From positions 806,001 to 870,000 of the forward strand of contig OX337235.1 of NCBI GenBank assembly GCA_946965045.2: a stretch of 64,000 bases of DNA. The letters run 5' to 3'. Positions 23,201-33,261 of the stretch are shown piece after piece; position 1 is the first letter of the stretch, and the number at the start of each line of letters is the position of its first letter. The stretch is from Epithemia pelagica. Lineage: Eukaryota; Protista; Bacillariophyta. Under the pieces are notes generated by a model. It did not search any database and had not been told where the DNA came from. It was given only the letters and a program-made list of their open reading frames with translations. Made by a program: the position numbers and the translations under genes.

Positions 23201-24368
23201 CGGGTTCAAACCTTCAAAGGCCGACCCCGATGTGTGGTTGAGGCCGGCAGTAAAGTCAGATGGCGAGGAGTATTATGAATACGTCCTCTGTTATGTCGAT
23301 GACTTGTTAGCGCTGTCACAGAAGTCAGATGAAGTCTTGAAATCCGTTCAACATGTCTTCAAGCTCAAGGATGATAAGATCGAACCTCCCGATATGTATC
23401 TTGGAGCACAGCTCGGTACGATGGAGTTCGATGGCGTAGAAGGATGGTACATCTCATCCGAGAAGTACGTTCGAGCCGCACTGGAGAATATTGAGAAATC
23501 ACTGGCTGAGAAGAATCAACGATTGCCATTAAAAGTGAAAACTCCACTTCAATACAAATATAGGCCCGAAGAAGATACGAGTCCTGAGCTCAAGGCCGAC
23601 GGATTACAGCGGTACCAAGAACTGATCGGTATCCTACGATGGGCAGTGGAGTTGGGTCGTGTTGACATTCTCCTGGAGACTGCCATGATGTCGACGTTCT
23701 TGGCCATGCCACGACAAGGTCATTTGGAGCAGCTCTACCATATCTGTGCATACCTAAAAGCTAACCCGAAGCGTCGACTATGGATGGACCCGACATACCC
23801 AAGGATCAGTGAAAAGTCATTTCAGTCCTTTGATTGGCATGATTTCTATCGGGATGCAAGGGAATCCATTCCAGGAGACATGCCACAGCCGAGGGGGAAG
23901 TCCGTGTCTACGCACTGTTTCGTTGATGCGGATCATGCAAGCGATAGAGTCACAAGACGGTCGCAGACGGGTATACTCATATTCGTCAATCGTGCCCCAA
24001 TTATGTGGTATAGTAAGAGGCAGAACACCGTGGAAACCAGTACCTTCGGGAGCGAATTCATTGCGATGAAAACCGCAGTGGAGCAAATCGAAGGCCTGCG
24101 GTATAAGCTACGAATGTTCGGTGTCCCTTTGGAGGGACCGACCGACGTGTTCTGCGACAATGATGCCGTCTTCAAAAATAGCTCGATTCCTGACTCGACC
24201 CTGAGAAAGAAGCATACGAGCATAAGTTACCATCGTGCCCGTGAAGCAGTGGCTTCTGGCACCATCAGAGTGGCCAAAGAAGGTACACATACTAACCTTG
24301 CCGACCTATTTACCAAACCTCTGCCAGACAAACGACGCGACTATCTGTTGATGCGCTTCACCTATTAA
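20241..24368 (+). CDS. pol: Pol of element B: protease, integrase, chromodomain-like segment, RT, RNase H
   Basis: Motifs ELDSHADT (PR); YTDTMD, ISDGS and KVEG (IN); EEIIGHR...LLVQWKDGSTNW (chromo-like); RKARFVAGGH, DIQNAYL and YVDDLL (RT); VDADHA, CDN and NLADLFTK (RH). The ORF lies in the -1 frame relative to gag. Confidence 0.95.
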   Translation: MFIKNRELSLSISYGLLSSIGRPVYICRIVSSIRTISSSMKAKPNHGIHNGTVELDSHADTIVLGANCCVLSYTGKECQVSPYSKDYDAITNVPVVTGATVWTRQGDGQEFVVVFNEALWMGDRLDHTLLNQNQARHYGVTVQDNPYDKKPLQIETEDVVIPLQTAGTVIYFESRTPSQQELEELPRLILSSPHDWDPRTVQFPVTRVAEPHYSIQTIASSDVLDTTMYHPSNIAHRIVSAVEVDEVDGRFLPRLDIPSERTFQSTDRHGDVTATMLSERWHIGIAQAKNTMKATTQRVVRSAILPLARRYRADRMFERPRVRGIVYTDTMDGRYQTLDGNRHAQIFATSYNFVVAYPMERKTDAEEALKRFIADFGVPDTIISDGSQEQTGKRTVFQDQVRKHHIDHQQAEPYRHNQSKVEGVIREARKRWFRIMHRRRVPRRLWDYGLRWVCEIMQRTSSSAGSLNDRTSLEAVTGETPDISEYLDFSFYDPCWYNDNAGLGETKLGRWLGVSHRIGSLMSYWLLTTQGTVISRTTVSRVTNLELETTDIKERLARFDTNIQQQLNDAAHFLPHGGKTRPNDWDLDPLEHDADFAAEFHDVVSNDEVKEADTNFTPEVYDDTYINMELALPRGDDAHPAFAKVTKRLRDANGIPIGVAHDNPILDTRMYEVEYPDGTKVALAANYIAENLFAQVDDDGNRQVLMEEIIGHRTNGKEVKQQDAFVTTNTGTKRRRQTTIGWELLVQWKDGSTNWIALKDIKESYPVQVAKYAVGSRIAMEPAFAWWVPHVLKKRNRILAKVKSKYWLRTHKFGIRVPKTVAEAIALDKENGNTLWWDAICKEMKNVRPGFEAWEKPASELPPGYQQIKCHIVFDIKMGENFRRKARFVAGGHLTETPSSLTYSSVVSRDSVRIALLIAALNGLKISACDIQNAYLTANCREKIWFVAGPELGSEEGTIMIIKKALYGLKSSGAAFRAHLAETLHDIGFKPSKADPDVWLRPAVKSDGEEYYEYVLCYVDDLLALSQKSDEVLKSVQHVFKLKDDKIEPPDMYLGAQLGTMEFDGVEGWYISSEKYVRAALENIEKSLAEKNQRLPLKVKTPLQYKYRPEEDTSPELKADGLQRYQELIGILRWAVELGRVDILLETAMMSTFLAMPRQGHLEQLYHICAYLKANPKRRLWMDPTYPRISEKSFQSFDWHDFYRDARESIPGDMPQPRGKSVSTHCFVDADHASDRVTRRSQTGILIFVNRAPIMWYSKRQNTVETSTFGSEFIAMKTAVEQIEGLRYKLRMFGVPLEGPTDVFCDNDAVFKNSSIPDSTLRKKHTSISYHRAREAVASGTIRVAKEGTHTNLADLFTKPLPDKRRDYLLMRFTY

Positions 24369-24412
24369 AGTCGAGGCTTTTGATTCAAGAAATGCAAAAT
24401 CCCCGAGGAGAC

Positions 24413-24625
24413 CGAATAAATGTGGTAGCGCGAGTACCGGTCACGCCTGTACGCGTTCGACTGGCGCGCATGAGAGGTTGGCGAGTCAGTAATTAGCGAT
24501 AAAGTATCCTAGTGTAACGTTATGCGAGGAGCGCACCTTGAGGTGCTCACTCTTCTGCTGAATGCTCTGAACTTGTCGTTGTGAACTACACCGTGAGTAA
24601 TAGCGTCCGCTGTGGATATCTTTCG
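24413..24625 (+). repeat. 3' LTR of element B (213 bp)
   Basis: Copy of 18265-18477, preceded by the PPT-like GAGGAG plus AC. Confidence 0.95.
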
Positions 24626-24934
24626 AATCTTCTCACGGCAGCCAACGCCAAAACCAAGAAATTCAACTTCCCAGAAGCCCACATATATTCCATCGGACAC
24701 TTCGCAAAAGCTTCATTGGGCCACGCCATCGTCTCCGCCCTTGCGACTCACGCCAACAACAACATAGGTGCAATCCGGAAGCACCAATCGAAACAAAAAC
24801 TCATAACCACACAATTGCAAAATTTGGCATCCCCGTGTTTTGCACCGGTAACACCCATATACTCCCCCGCCCCAATGGCAGAATTCGTCCCCAACATGGA
24901 CACCGCCCCACTCCTTTGTGAACTGACCGCTTAG
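24626..24934 (+). mobile_element. Right part of the CRE-like ORF, split off by element B
   Basis: Removing element B and one AATC copy restores a continuous frame: ...SSAAPSN|LLTAANAKTKKFNF... ending at TAG 24932-24934. Confidence 0.75.
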
Positions 24935-25099
24935 GAGTCCCACTATCGTATAGACAGTAACCTAAACAAAAGTGAAAAACTACCGACACCAAACCAACTT
25001 TGCGTGCTGTCAGCACGATAGCGATAGAAAGCTCAAAACTGCGGTTTGGTTGTAATTACCAATAACACACCGGTAACATTTGTGTCCTCGCGAAAATAA

Positions 25100-27249
25100 G
25101 TTGACGACGAATCGAATAATAAGAAGCGGTCTATCGATGAGGTGCAGAATGTGGAAACTTCCGCAAGGACGCGGCCTTCGGAAGTATCCTCGAATAATTC
25201 ACCATCTGACTCGGACTCTGCTCTGCGAGATTATTTGGGAATTGGCTCAACGATTAAATTGCTGGATCTCCCAAAATCCACTAATGATGGCTATCCTGCG
25301 CTGGCTGTCGATGCGGCCTCAGGAACCGGTAAAACGCAGCAAGCGTTTGCGTTTCTTGCCCAAGGGTATCATATCGTGTACCTGCTGTGCACCAGCCCTA
25401 AAATTGGGGGTAGTCAACTAATATACTATGCAATGGACAGGAAAGTAGAAGCGATGCGTAGTCTCCTTTCGAACTTGGAAAACCATCTTTTATCGGAGAA
25501 CTTGAAGGAGAAGGATATGTCGATCGAGTCCCTCACAGACTCAATCACCAAGCTGAAGGCACGCCCGTCACTGGAAGGGCGTGAACCCCGCGTCATAGCT
25601 GTCAATGATTTGGCACGCAACCTCTATCGATGTTTGATCAAGTGTTCAAAGGACAACACAACAGTTGAGATGGTCTCGCAAGACTACGCCTCTGTCTCTT
25701 TCAAAGTTATCGCTACGGAACTACAGGACAAAGTACTATTCGTCGATGAAGCTATACCTGCTGCTCGGCTCCAGAATGAAAAAGAAAGAGAAGGACTATT
25801 GAGACTCCTCCGCAATATGGCCCGGGTTCTGCAAATGCGTGCAGTCATGGCTGGGACCGCATCTTGTTTACCAAATATGATGCGCACCTCAGATCATAGT
25901 CGGATATCCACGGCACAAACGAAATGGATGGAGTGCCACCTGTATTGGCAGTCCATGAAGACGCCACCTACGTCTCTCCGAGAACTTGGCGCTTCGGTTC
26001 TGCGAAAGCATCGGCCCCTCTTTCTTTTGTTGCTCCAAGACCTGCGTAAGCAATATCCCCAATTTGGACTTGGTGAATTGCTTAATCAAGCAGGGGAAAA
26101 CCTAGAAATTAAAAAATCTATCTCCTTGTCCGGTAAATTTCACTGGCTGAGTGGCGCATGGTTAGAAGGAGGCCGTAAGGTACCTTCGGCATTCAATACG
26201 ATGGCGCCAGATTTAGTCAGGGGTCATTTTTTTGAACCTGGCATTACGGTGCTTTCGGGGACCAAGAAACCATAGGTATTTCATCCGTTGACCGCGTGAC
26301 AGGGCCACGAAGGCTGCACGTTGGCCGCTACACCTTAAATGATACGCCGTGGTGGTCGATTTCGAACTCGATTTCGAACTCCACGCAAACCGAAAAGAAT
26401 ACAAGTTTGACACGTTCCCATTATGAAATCCTTGGATCTCTAACAACCTGCGTCCAGCAGTGCCTTGTTCGGGAGCCCTTGCTTGCCGTGGCTATGTCCT
26501 TTGCGCACAGCAGCATCAGTCCTTCTGATTTCAAGAAGTCGGTTTCAGAAGGTGTATCCACGTCCTTGGCCCAACACACTGTTGGTTGCGTTTCAGGGGA
26601 AATCAACGAACATATTTGTTTTGCTGCTTTGCAGCTCGCAAGCTTGCAATCGGTTTCTGATAACGATTTCACTTCAGTAGGAGTCCGACCATTCCTTGTT
26701 TCTCTGTTTGAATACTTGGATGTACAATCGGATGAGGCTTCGCTTTCAAAGATAAGTGCCCGTTCTATGCTGCCTTCCTTTTGGCAAGATTTTGACCGCA
26801 ACAGGCAACCCGCACCTGGTAAGAGTTTGGTCACATTGTTGAACGGCATCAACAACTTGGCGGGTGTAACGATACCCCTGCTGATCCCTGCCAGCTCAAA
26901 GGAGTCTCTTGAATGTGTTGTAAGGGAGAACCCTACTCTTTTTGGCGAGTTACCAATCGCTGGTTTGGTTCCAGGGATTACCAATGCTCGCCTCGACGCG
27001 AATGCTTATATATGGAAAGAGGTTGACGAAGGGGGAGAGTTCGATTCTTGTTGGAGTTTCGAATTCAAGGTATTTTCCAACAGCTATGCATTGAGCAAGG
27101 CGCAAACGGATTTGGATGCGAAGTGTAAAGAAGAGACAAATTGCCATGCGCTACTAATTGCCTTTCGACCGGAAGGAGCCTCGCAACTCAGCGTGCGTTG
27201 GGATGGAGATTATCTTCGAATCGTGGCTCTCTTTCAAACGGCTCCGTAA
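25100..27249 (+). CDS. P-loop NTPase fused to a PD-(D/E)xK nuclease-like domain (Crinkler/CR-effector-like); split by a frameshift or an intron, 5' end unclear
   Basis: Walker A ASGTGKT, Walker B VLFVDEA, RAVMAGT and RPLF lie in ORF 25142-26275. RLD...FEFK lies in ORF 26296-27249. The frames overlap at 26236-26275, and a candidate intron 26175-26302 would join them in frame. Confidence 0.6.
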
Positions 27250-28854
27250 AGCATTAAACAGTGCGTGGTGTTGCTCTGAGGTTGCACGCTAAAATGACCG
27301 ATGAAAACTCAGCAGCTTGGGGAGGTTCCGCTGACCATTGACCCCGGCGCGAAACACATGAAGCTTTTGATTGCAGGGGGCTTGCAGTCTATCCTAAAAT
27401 AACAATATTCTTTCCTGTTGTATATCTTGGACCAAAACAGAGCGACAGTACACCCCAAGTGCTACTACAAGGAGACTTGTGAGAAACCAAATCGAAACGA
27501 AAAAGAATGAATGGGTGGGTGGGTACGAATCTGTCTTGGAAGATTGGAACGAATGGTAATCAGAGTCGAGACGCACATACATATACATGTTTTGTCGAGC
27601 ATACCAAAGGAGGATATGGGGACTTTGTATGAAATGATTCGAAACAAGGATGCTTGCGTGGAACTAGAGAATTTAGTAGTAGTCATCGTATTGGAAAACC
27701 CCCTTTTCGTGTCGCCATCAATCGGAAGGACAAGATTCGAGAAGAGACAGCGGGTGTCGAAAACGACTGCTTTCCAAAAGACAGTATGGGGAGACGTGGC
27801 TCCCCGTATCCTTTGTTCTCTACTCTCTAGTAGAGCCCCTTGAGAGCTTTTGAAATAAATGCTGCTGTACAGGCCATACGCACAGCCGAGAACCACAGTA
27901 CAAAGACGATGCTCTTCTCTGGACGGACTACCAGGCTCCTCAAACTGTTCTCCCACTGTGTTTCTTTTCAGTGTATGGATGCCTATTGTTGGAGACAACC
28001 GATTTCCAGACTACACCCAACAACCTGAAGGAGATTGTCGTTCTCCATTGCATATAGCTATTGAGCTCTATGGCTGCCATAGAGCGAGAGGTGCGTGGCA
28101 GTTGGCAGGAGCCGCCCATATTGTGAGGACACGCCGTGGTGACGTGTGATAGGAGCGACTCCTTGCTACACTCCAGAGGTACGATGCAACTATCATGTAA
28201 ACACAAGTATATCTGGATATCCTGTGACAAAGCTAAAGTGTAGGACTGCGATCCATTGTCGGACGGGAACAGACGAACCGTTGCCCCAACCACGAAACAC
28301 ACAACGAGAAAAAGATCCCGTCCGCGGGCGCAGCTGCAAGGTGTGTGGGATGACCATGACGACGGTGGTTGTTGGTGGTGTGGCTCCTTCTTGTTTGCAA
28401 TTTCATTAATTTTGTTCCAACAAAACAACTCAACGAAAAATCGACCTTTTCAACCATTCCACCAAGGTACTCGTTTCAACTCAAGAAAGAAACATTATTC
28501 ATTGATCCGTTCCATCTCTCCGGTTGCGTTCGGTGCAACCACTCCACAAGATCGCGGTCTGCCCCCAATGCGAGCGTACAGTCGGCTCTACAGTGAACCA
28601 CACTACCATAAACAGTACGACTGTGCGGATTTTTGTACTTTGGGGCAGGATTGGCAGTGGATCCTTGCCCGGGTGGATCCTCCTCCCTCTTGTTGTTTGG
28701 TTCCGCTTGGGTCTTTGTTGTTGTTGTTGATTATTGGTGGGAGTCTGTTTGTGGCAAACATCAAGGCTGTAAACGCTGCCAGTGTCTGCCCTCGAATCGC
28801 AAGGCGACGCTCCTTGGCTCCAGCCACTGTGATTCCCGAATTTTTGGGTGGAGA

Positions 28855-31338
28855 ATGGAACACAATGGGACGACTGCCACAAGTAGCAACAGCAGTGTTG
28901 TGGCATCGGGAGGAACACCAGAGGACACAACCTCCTCCAATAATAATAATACTACCAACAAGACAATGGCATCTTCCTCCAGCATTCCCGACGAATTGGG
29001 TCATGTTTTGGAGGATTTGTTTCACTCCAAAATCCAGGCAAACCCTTCCAACACTGCTACTTTGACGACTGCCATTACCACAAAACCGACTGCAACTGTG
29101 AAAGCGGTGGCCGATACTAATACTATGGAGGACATGGAAGCGTGGATTGAGACGTTGAATGACCAAGTGCGAGAAAACCTGTGGATGGGTGTGGAATCCA
29201 TCTTGAATGGTGGATTGCGCTTGGCACTCTCCACCCTTTCCAATCCAACCAACTCATCCACTCCAGCAATCAGAACTTCGGAAAAATCATCCACTTCCTC
29301 GGAGCCAAAATCAACTCCCACTAATACGACAGCAACATTATCCCAATCGGCCACAACCACCACCTCCACCTCTACAAAGAAACCGTCTAAACCTACGAGT
29401 GATGGTACCAGTACAAAATCTCAATCCGAACGTAGCCCAAAGGTGGAGGACAAGCAGCCATCCAATCCGTCTTCTTCTACTAATACTTCCTCTACCTCCA
29501 AACCACTCGCTTCGCAACAAACATCCCAATCTAAAACTGCTCCATCTTCCAAACAACAATCCTCATCACAATCCTCCAGCACTGCACGAAAACAACCACC
29601 AGCCACTCGAGGAGGAGGAGGTTCTAACAAGGAGGCTCCACCTGCTTCCGCTCGTGATACTGGCGGCTCTCATCGGAGACGATCACGCAGTCCTGCAGTA
29701 GATCGAGGCAGGCATCGAGGAGATCGATCCTATGATGGCTATTATCCTCATCCCCACGGTCCAGGTCCTCCTCCCCATCATCGGCCCCCTCCAGGTCCAG
29801 GAGGAGGTCCTCCTCCACCACCACACCATCATCCTCATCATCCCATGGGGCCCCATGGTGGTCCTCCTCCGCCATTTCATGGTGGCCGTGGTGGACCACC
29901 CCCACCCCCTCGCCGCGAGCGAGAGTACAGTGATAGCCGTGATCGAGACTATCCTCCAGGTCCACCACCACCGGGTATGGATCCCCATCGACGATGGCCG
30001 CGAAGTGGAGAACCTCACCCTCCCAATGGACCACCACCACCTCCTCCCCATCATGGTGGTGGTCCACCTCCTCCCTTTCGAGGACCTCCTGGTGGCCGCG
30101 AGGCCAGTTGGAGCCGAGGCCGGAGTGTTCGCAGCAATACTGGTCCACCACCGCCCCCACTTCCACCACCACCACCACTACCACCGCATGACGAGTCCTT
30201 TCGTCGAGGAGACAGTTCTCGGAGCAGTCGCCGACGATCTCGATCGGAATCGGAACGACGATATCGAGATCGACAGTATCACACGAGCAGTCGCAGCAGT
30301 CGGCCGCATGACTCGTACCGAGAGGGGCGAGGAGACAGTAGTAGTGGGCGTTATCATCATCGACGGGGACGAGGATCGAGTCGAGATCGTGACGAGGAGG
30401 ACGACGACGATCGGTATTCTCGCTCCCCTCCTCGTCGCAAAAGTTATTCGCCCGATCCACCACCCCGACGTCGGAGTCGAAAACGGTCCGCCAGTAGTAG
30501 TCGCAGTGAAGATTCCGATCGATACAGCAGCAGTCGTCATCGTCGGCGCAAAAGTCGAGACGAGGATAGTAGTCGAGGAGATCGACGATCGTCTCGCCGT
30601 AGTTCTGATGCCGGCGATCATCATCATCATCATCATCATCATCATGACAGCCATCCGGACGATGGTCATCATCATCATGACGGCAAGGATACGGTGGCAC
30701 AGGATTCTCCTTCGTCCCACCATCGTCGGAGTAGTAGTCGCAAAGATCGCAAATCCGAACGGAAACGACATCGTCGACGAAGTCCCAGTTACGATCACGA
30801 TGATGATTCCTATCATCATCATCATCATCGCAGTAGCCGTCGTCGGGGACGAAGTTCCAGTTCCGAGTCGGCCGGAGAACGACGGTCGTCACGACGTCGG
30901 GGAAGTACCACCTCCAGTCGACGACGAAGCAGTCGTCGATCGTCCACCACTGCCGAAAATAATAACACCCACAATAGTCCCAGCCGTCCACCCAGTGGTG
31001 CGGCCGATGAGGGACCCTCGTTGTCAGCCGAGTATTCCCACTCCAACAATAACAACAAGAGTGGTGGCGACGACACCAAAAAGGATGACACCTATGCCAC
31101 CAACAGTACTACCAATAGTCATGGAGGCAATGATCATTCTCGAAGCACGTCGTCACGGCGGAGTACGAGACGAGAATCACGACGGAGAAAACGCAAAGAA
31201 AAGGAAAAATCCAGCAACAGCAAGGACCACGAAAAGGACAATCCCAAAGAGGAGGACGAAGACCGTAAGGGTACCAAGGCGACCAGCAGTAGTACGGAGG
31301 CAAACAAACCAGCCGACTCCAAAATGGATTTGCAGTGA
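28855..31338 (+). CDS. Low-complexity Ser/Thr-rich, Pro/Gly/His-rich and Arg/Ser (RS)-rich protein, probably nuclear or RNA-processing related
   Basis: Long uninterrupted frame with successive compositional blocks. The start is taken as ATG 28855, but an upstream exon is possible. Confidence 0.65.
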   Translation: MEHNGTTATSSNSSVVASGGTPEDTTSSNNNNTTNKTMASSSSIPDELGHVLEDLFHSKIQANPSNTATLTTAITTKPTATVKAVADTNTMEDMEAWIETLNDQVRENLWMGVESILNGGLRLALSTLSNPTNSSTPAIRTSEKSSTSSEPKSTPTNTTATLSQSATTTTSTSTKKPSKPTSDGTSTKSQSERSPKVEDKQPSNPSSSTNTSSTSKPLASQQTSQSKTAPSSKQQSSSQSSSTARKQPPATRGGGGSNKEAPPASARDTGGSHRRRSRSPAVDRGRHRGDRSYDGYYPHPHGPGPPPHHRPPPGPGGGPPPPPHHHPHHPMGPHGGPPPPFHGGRGGPPPPPRREREYSDSRDRDYPPGPPPPGMDPHRRWPRSGEPHPPNGPPPPPPHHGGGPPPPFRGPPGGREASWSRGRSVRSNTGPPPPPLPPPPPLPPHDESFRRGDSSRSSRRRSRSESERRYRDRQYHTSSRSSRPHDSYREGRGDSSSGRYHHRRGRGSSRDRDEEDDDDRYSRSPPRRKSYSPDPPPRRRSRKRSASSSRSEDSDRYSSSRHRRRKSRDEDSSRGDRRSSRRSSDAGDHHHHHHHHHDSHPDDGHHHHDGKDTVAQDSPSSHHRRSSSRKDRKSERKRHRRRSPSYDHDDDSYHHHHHRSSRRRGRSSSSESAGERRSSRRRGSTTSSRRRSSRRSSTTAENNNTHNSPSRPPSGAADEGPSLSAEYSHSNNNNKSGGDDTKKDDTYATNSTTNSHGGNDHSRSTSSRRSTRRESRRRKRKEKEKSSNSKDHEKDNPKEEDEDRKGTKATSSSTEANKPADSKMDLQ

Positions 31339-31681
31339 GTGAATTTGGATTGGTCCGTAGTAGCTATACAGATGAAGAATGTGTACAAACACCCTAGGTA
31401 TTTGTAGAGATAAACAAAATGATGATCATAACTATAAACTTGAAAGATAGAGAGCAAGTGTTGGGTGATGTAGTACTTTCGTTTGTGTATGACCCCATTT
31501 CTAAACTTTACAGTACCAGTCTCAAACCAACCACGGATGCATCCAGCAACAACAAGAGGATTTCCCTTTCATCCACAACTCACGTGGGCGTCGAACACCA
31601 CCCAGATGAAACAGAGAGCACATGAATATAGTTCGTGTTTGTAACCGTCTTACCAAAAGGAGAACGACAATACAAATCATA

Positions 31682-32503
31682 TCAACTATCTGGAAGCCAT
31701 CGCTCTTCAAAACAAAGATTGGTCATGAGCTCGCCTCCAGCCGGGGTTATTTCAGGATCATAGATTTGAATCGATACAATGGTATTAGAATCGTCATTGC
31801 CATTGTTGTTGGGAAGGACAATGCCAATGGGAATCTCCTCTCCACTTGTCAGGGGTGGGATCGTTTCATAGGCCAAGACTCCGTCGCATCCATAGACAGT
31901 AATGGACGTGTCCAAACAAGAATTGGGTCGGGGACAAACCAATCCCAAGGAAACCACCGTCACTCGATCCGTAAAGGACACAATGAGATTATCACGAAAC
32001 TGTTGGGGTCCCACGCCGTAGGTCCAGGTCGAAGATGACGCGTCTGGGAGTTTGGGATGATCAAACCCTACCACTGCCAAAAGATTGTGAACAGTAGCGT
32101 CGGCATTGGAATCGACAGAGAGCGAAAAGCCTGGCAACAACGTGGAAAAGACTAGGGATCCGTCCTCTTGTTCACAGAGACTGTCGGACGACAGGGGAGA
32201 AGGACAATATGCCACGGATGACACGGTGCTAGATTCAAAATCTTCACAATAGTGCATTTGTGGATTCCCAATTCGAGTTTGAAATTGACTTGGTTCATTG
32301 ATGAAAATGATTTGTTCCGCGGTTTCAGTCTCGTCCACCCTTCGAGTATCCCCACTGCTGCTCCAATCCTTGCACATGGCATGTTTCTTTCCTCCAGACT
32401 TGCTTTTGCTTCCCTGTAAGGAGCGTGCACTCTCTACGATTCCGAATAGATGAAAGAGGCATGGTAACAGAGCCACGATATAGCTCTTGTTCCACAGTTT
32501 CAT
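31682..32503 (-). CDS. Secreted protein of unknown function
   Basis: Signal peptide MKLWNKSYIVALLPCLFHLFGIVESA, then RSLQGSKSKSGGK (typical of diatom secreted proteins) and a Cys-containing beta-rich domain. Confidence 0.7.
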   Translation of the reverse strand: MKLWNKSYIVALLPCLFHLFGIVESARSLQGSKSKSGGKKHAMCKDWSSSGDTRRVDETETAEQIIFINEPSQFQTRIGNPQMHYCEDFESSTVSSVAYCPSPLSSDSLCEQEDGSLVFSTLLPGFSLSVDSNADATVHNLLAVVGFDHPKLPDASSSTWTYGVGPQQFRDNLIVSFTDRVTVVSLGLVCPRPNSCLDTSITVYGCDGVLAYETIPPLTSGEEIPIGIVLPNNNGNDDSNTIVSIQIYDPEITPAGGELMTNLCFEERWLPDS

Positions 32504-33261
32504 GATGCTTCCCTTCACAAAAAGCCCTTTTCAGGAATATGATAGACTGTGTGCATTCGTCATGCTCCAAAGTGTCCATGATTCATGCTTGGTCATCACT
32601 CGTCACCTCTTGGACAGTGCTCATGAATACTGGACTGCTGTCATGGATGAATGGTCTCAATCATGGATCCTCGACAATTTCTCCATCATGGTAGCGGCGT
32701 GACCCTATTCTCGGAGAGTCGTGGCATCCGTTGAATGACGCCTCCATCCAACTTTTCTTTGTGTGTGTGTGTGTGTGTTTGAGAGCCAGTGCGGGAAACA
32801 GTGTAGGTAGGCAGAGGGGAATCGTGACTCTTTCACCGGGTCGGAGGTTGCAAGTCTTGCATCCGATCGTTCTCACAAAGTCTTTGCTTTTTGCGAAAAC
32901 CCAATTGCTGAACCGTGGAGATGCTTGCGTTTCAGTAGTCTCGCCATGCTTGGAATTGGCATGTGCATACGACGACTGATTGATTCTGACAAACAACAAT
33001 TGCCTCCATCTTTTCATATTCTCCCCACCACAAACCACTTTCTCCCCCTAATTGCGACCACGGGAGAAGGGGGCGGAATCTATTCACGTTTCGCGCTTCA
33101 CAAGACGAAGCCGACAAAGGTGTCTCTAGCTAGACTCTAGATTCACCGTTGACTTTTGACTTGGGGAAACAAAAACACAAAACAAAAGAAGAGGCTATTT
33201 TACACGCGAAGAGAAGACAACTAAGGTACCACCATACCTAGAAGCATCCGAAAGAACATTC

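Larger units (their letters stand above)
18265..24625 (+). mobile_element. Intact Ty1/copia (CoDi-type) LTR retrotransposon B, 6361 bp, CG...CG termini, TSD AATC
   Basis: Two LTRs that are identical by visual alignment, uninterrupted gag and pol ORFs, a PBS-like 15-mer and a PPT. AATC occurs at 18261-18264 and 24626-24629. Confidence 0.95.

Noticed and set aside
26227-26235. T7 run as a programmed -1 frameshift site in the NTPase gene
   Set aside because: A -1 slip there meets TGA immediately (26233-26235).
27400-28850. ORFs 27465-27998 (-), 27940-28428 (-) and 28256-29065 (+)
   Set aside because: No recognisable motifs or coding-like composition. Treated as intergenic or possible 5' exons of the RS-rich gene.
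29624-31342. Long overlapping ORFs in other frames or strands (for example 29732-31342 + and 29624-30991 -)
   Set aside because: By-products of triplet-periodic low-complexity sequence in the RS/Pro-rich gene. The same applies to shadow ORFs over the 6-9.6 kb gene and the pol genes.
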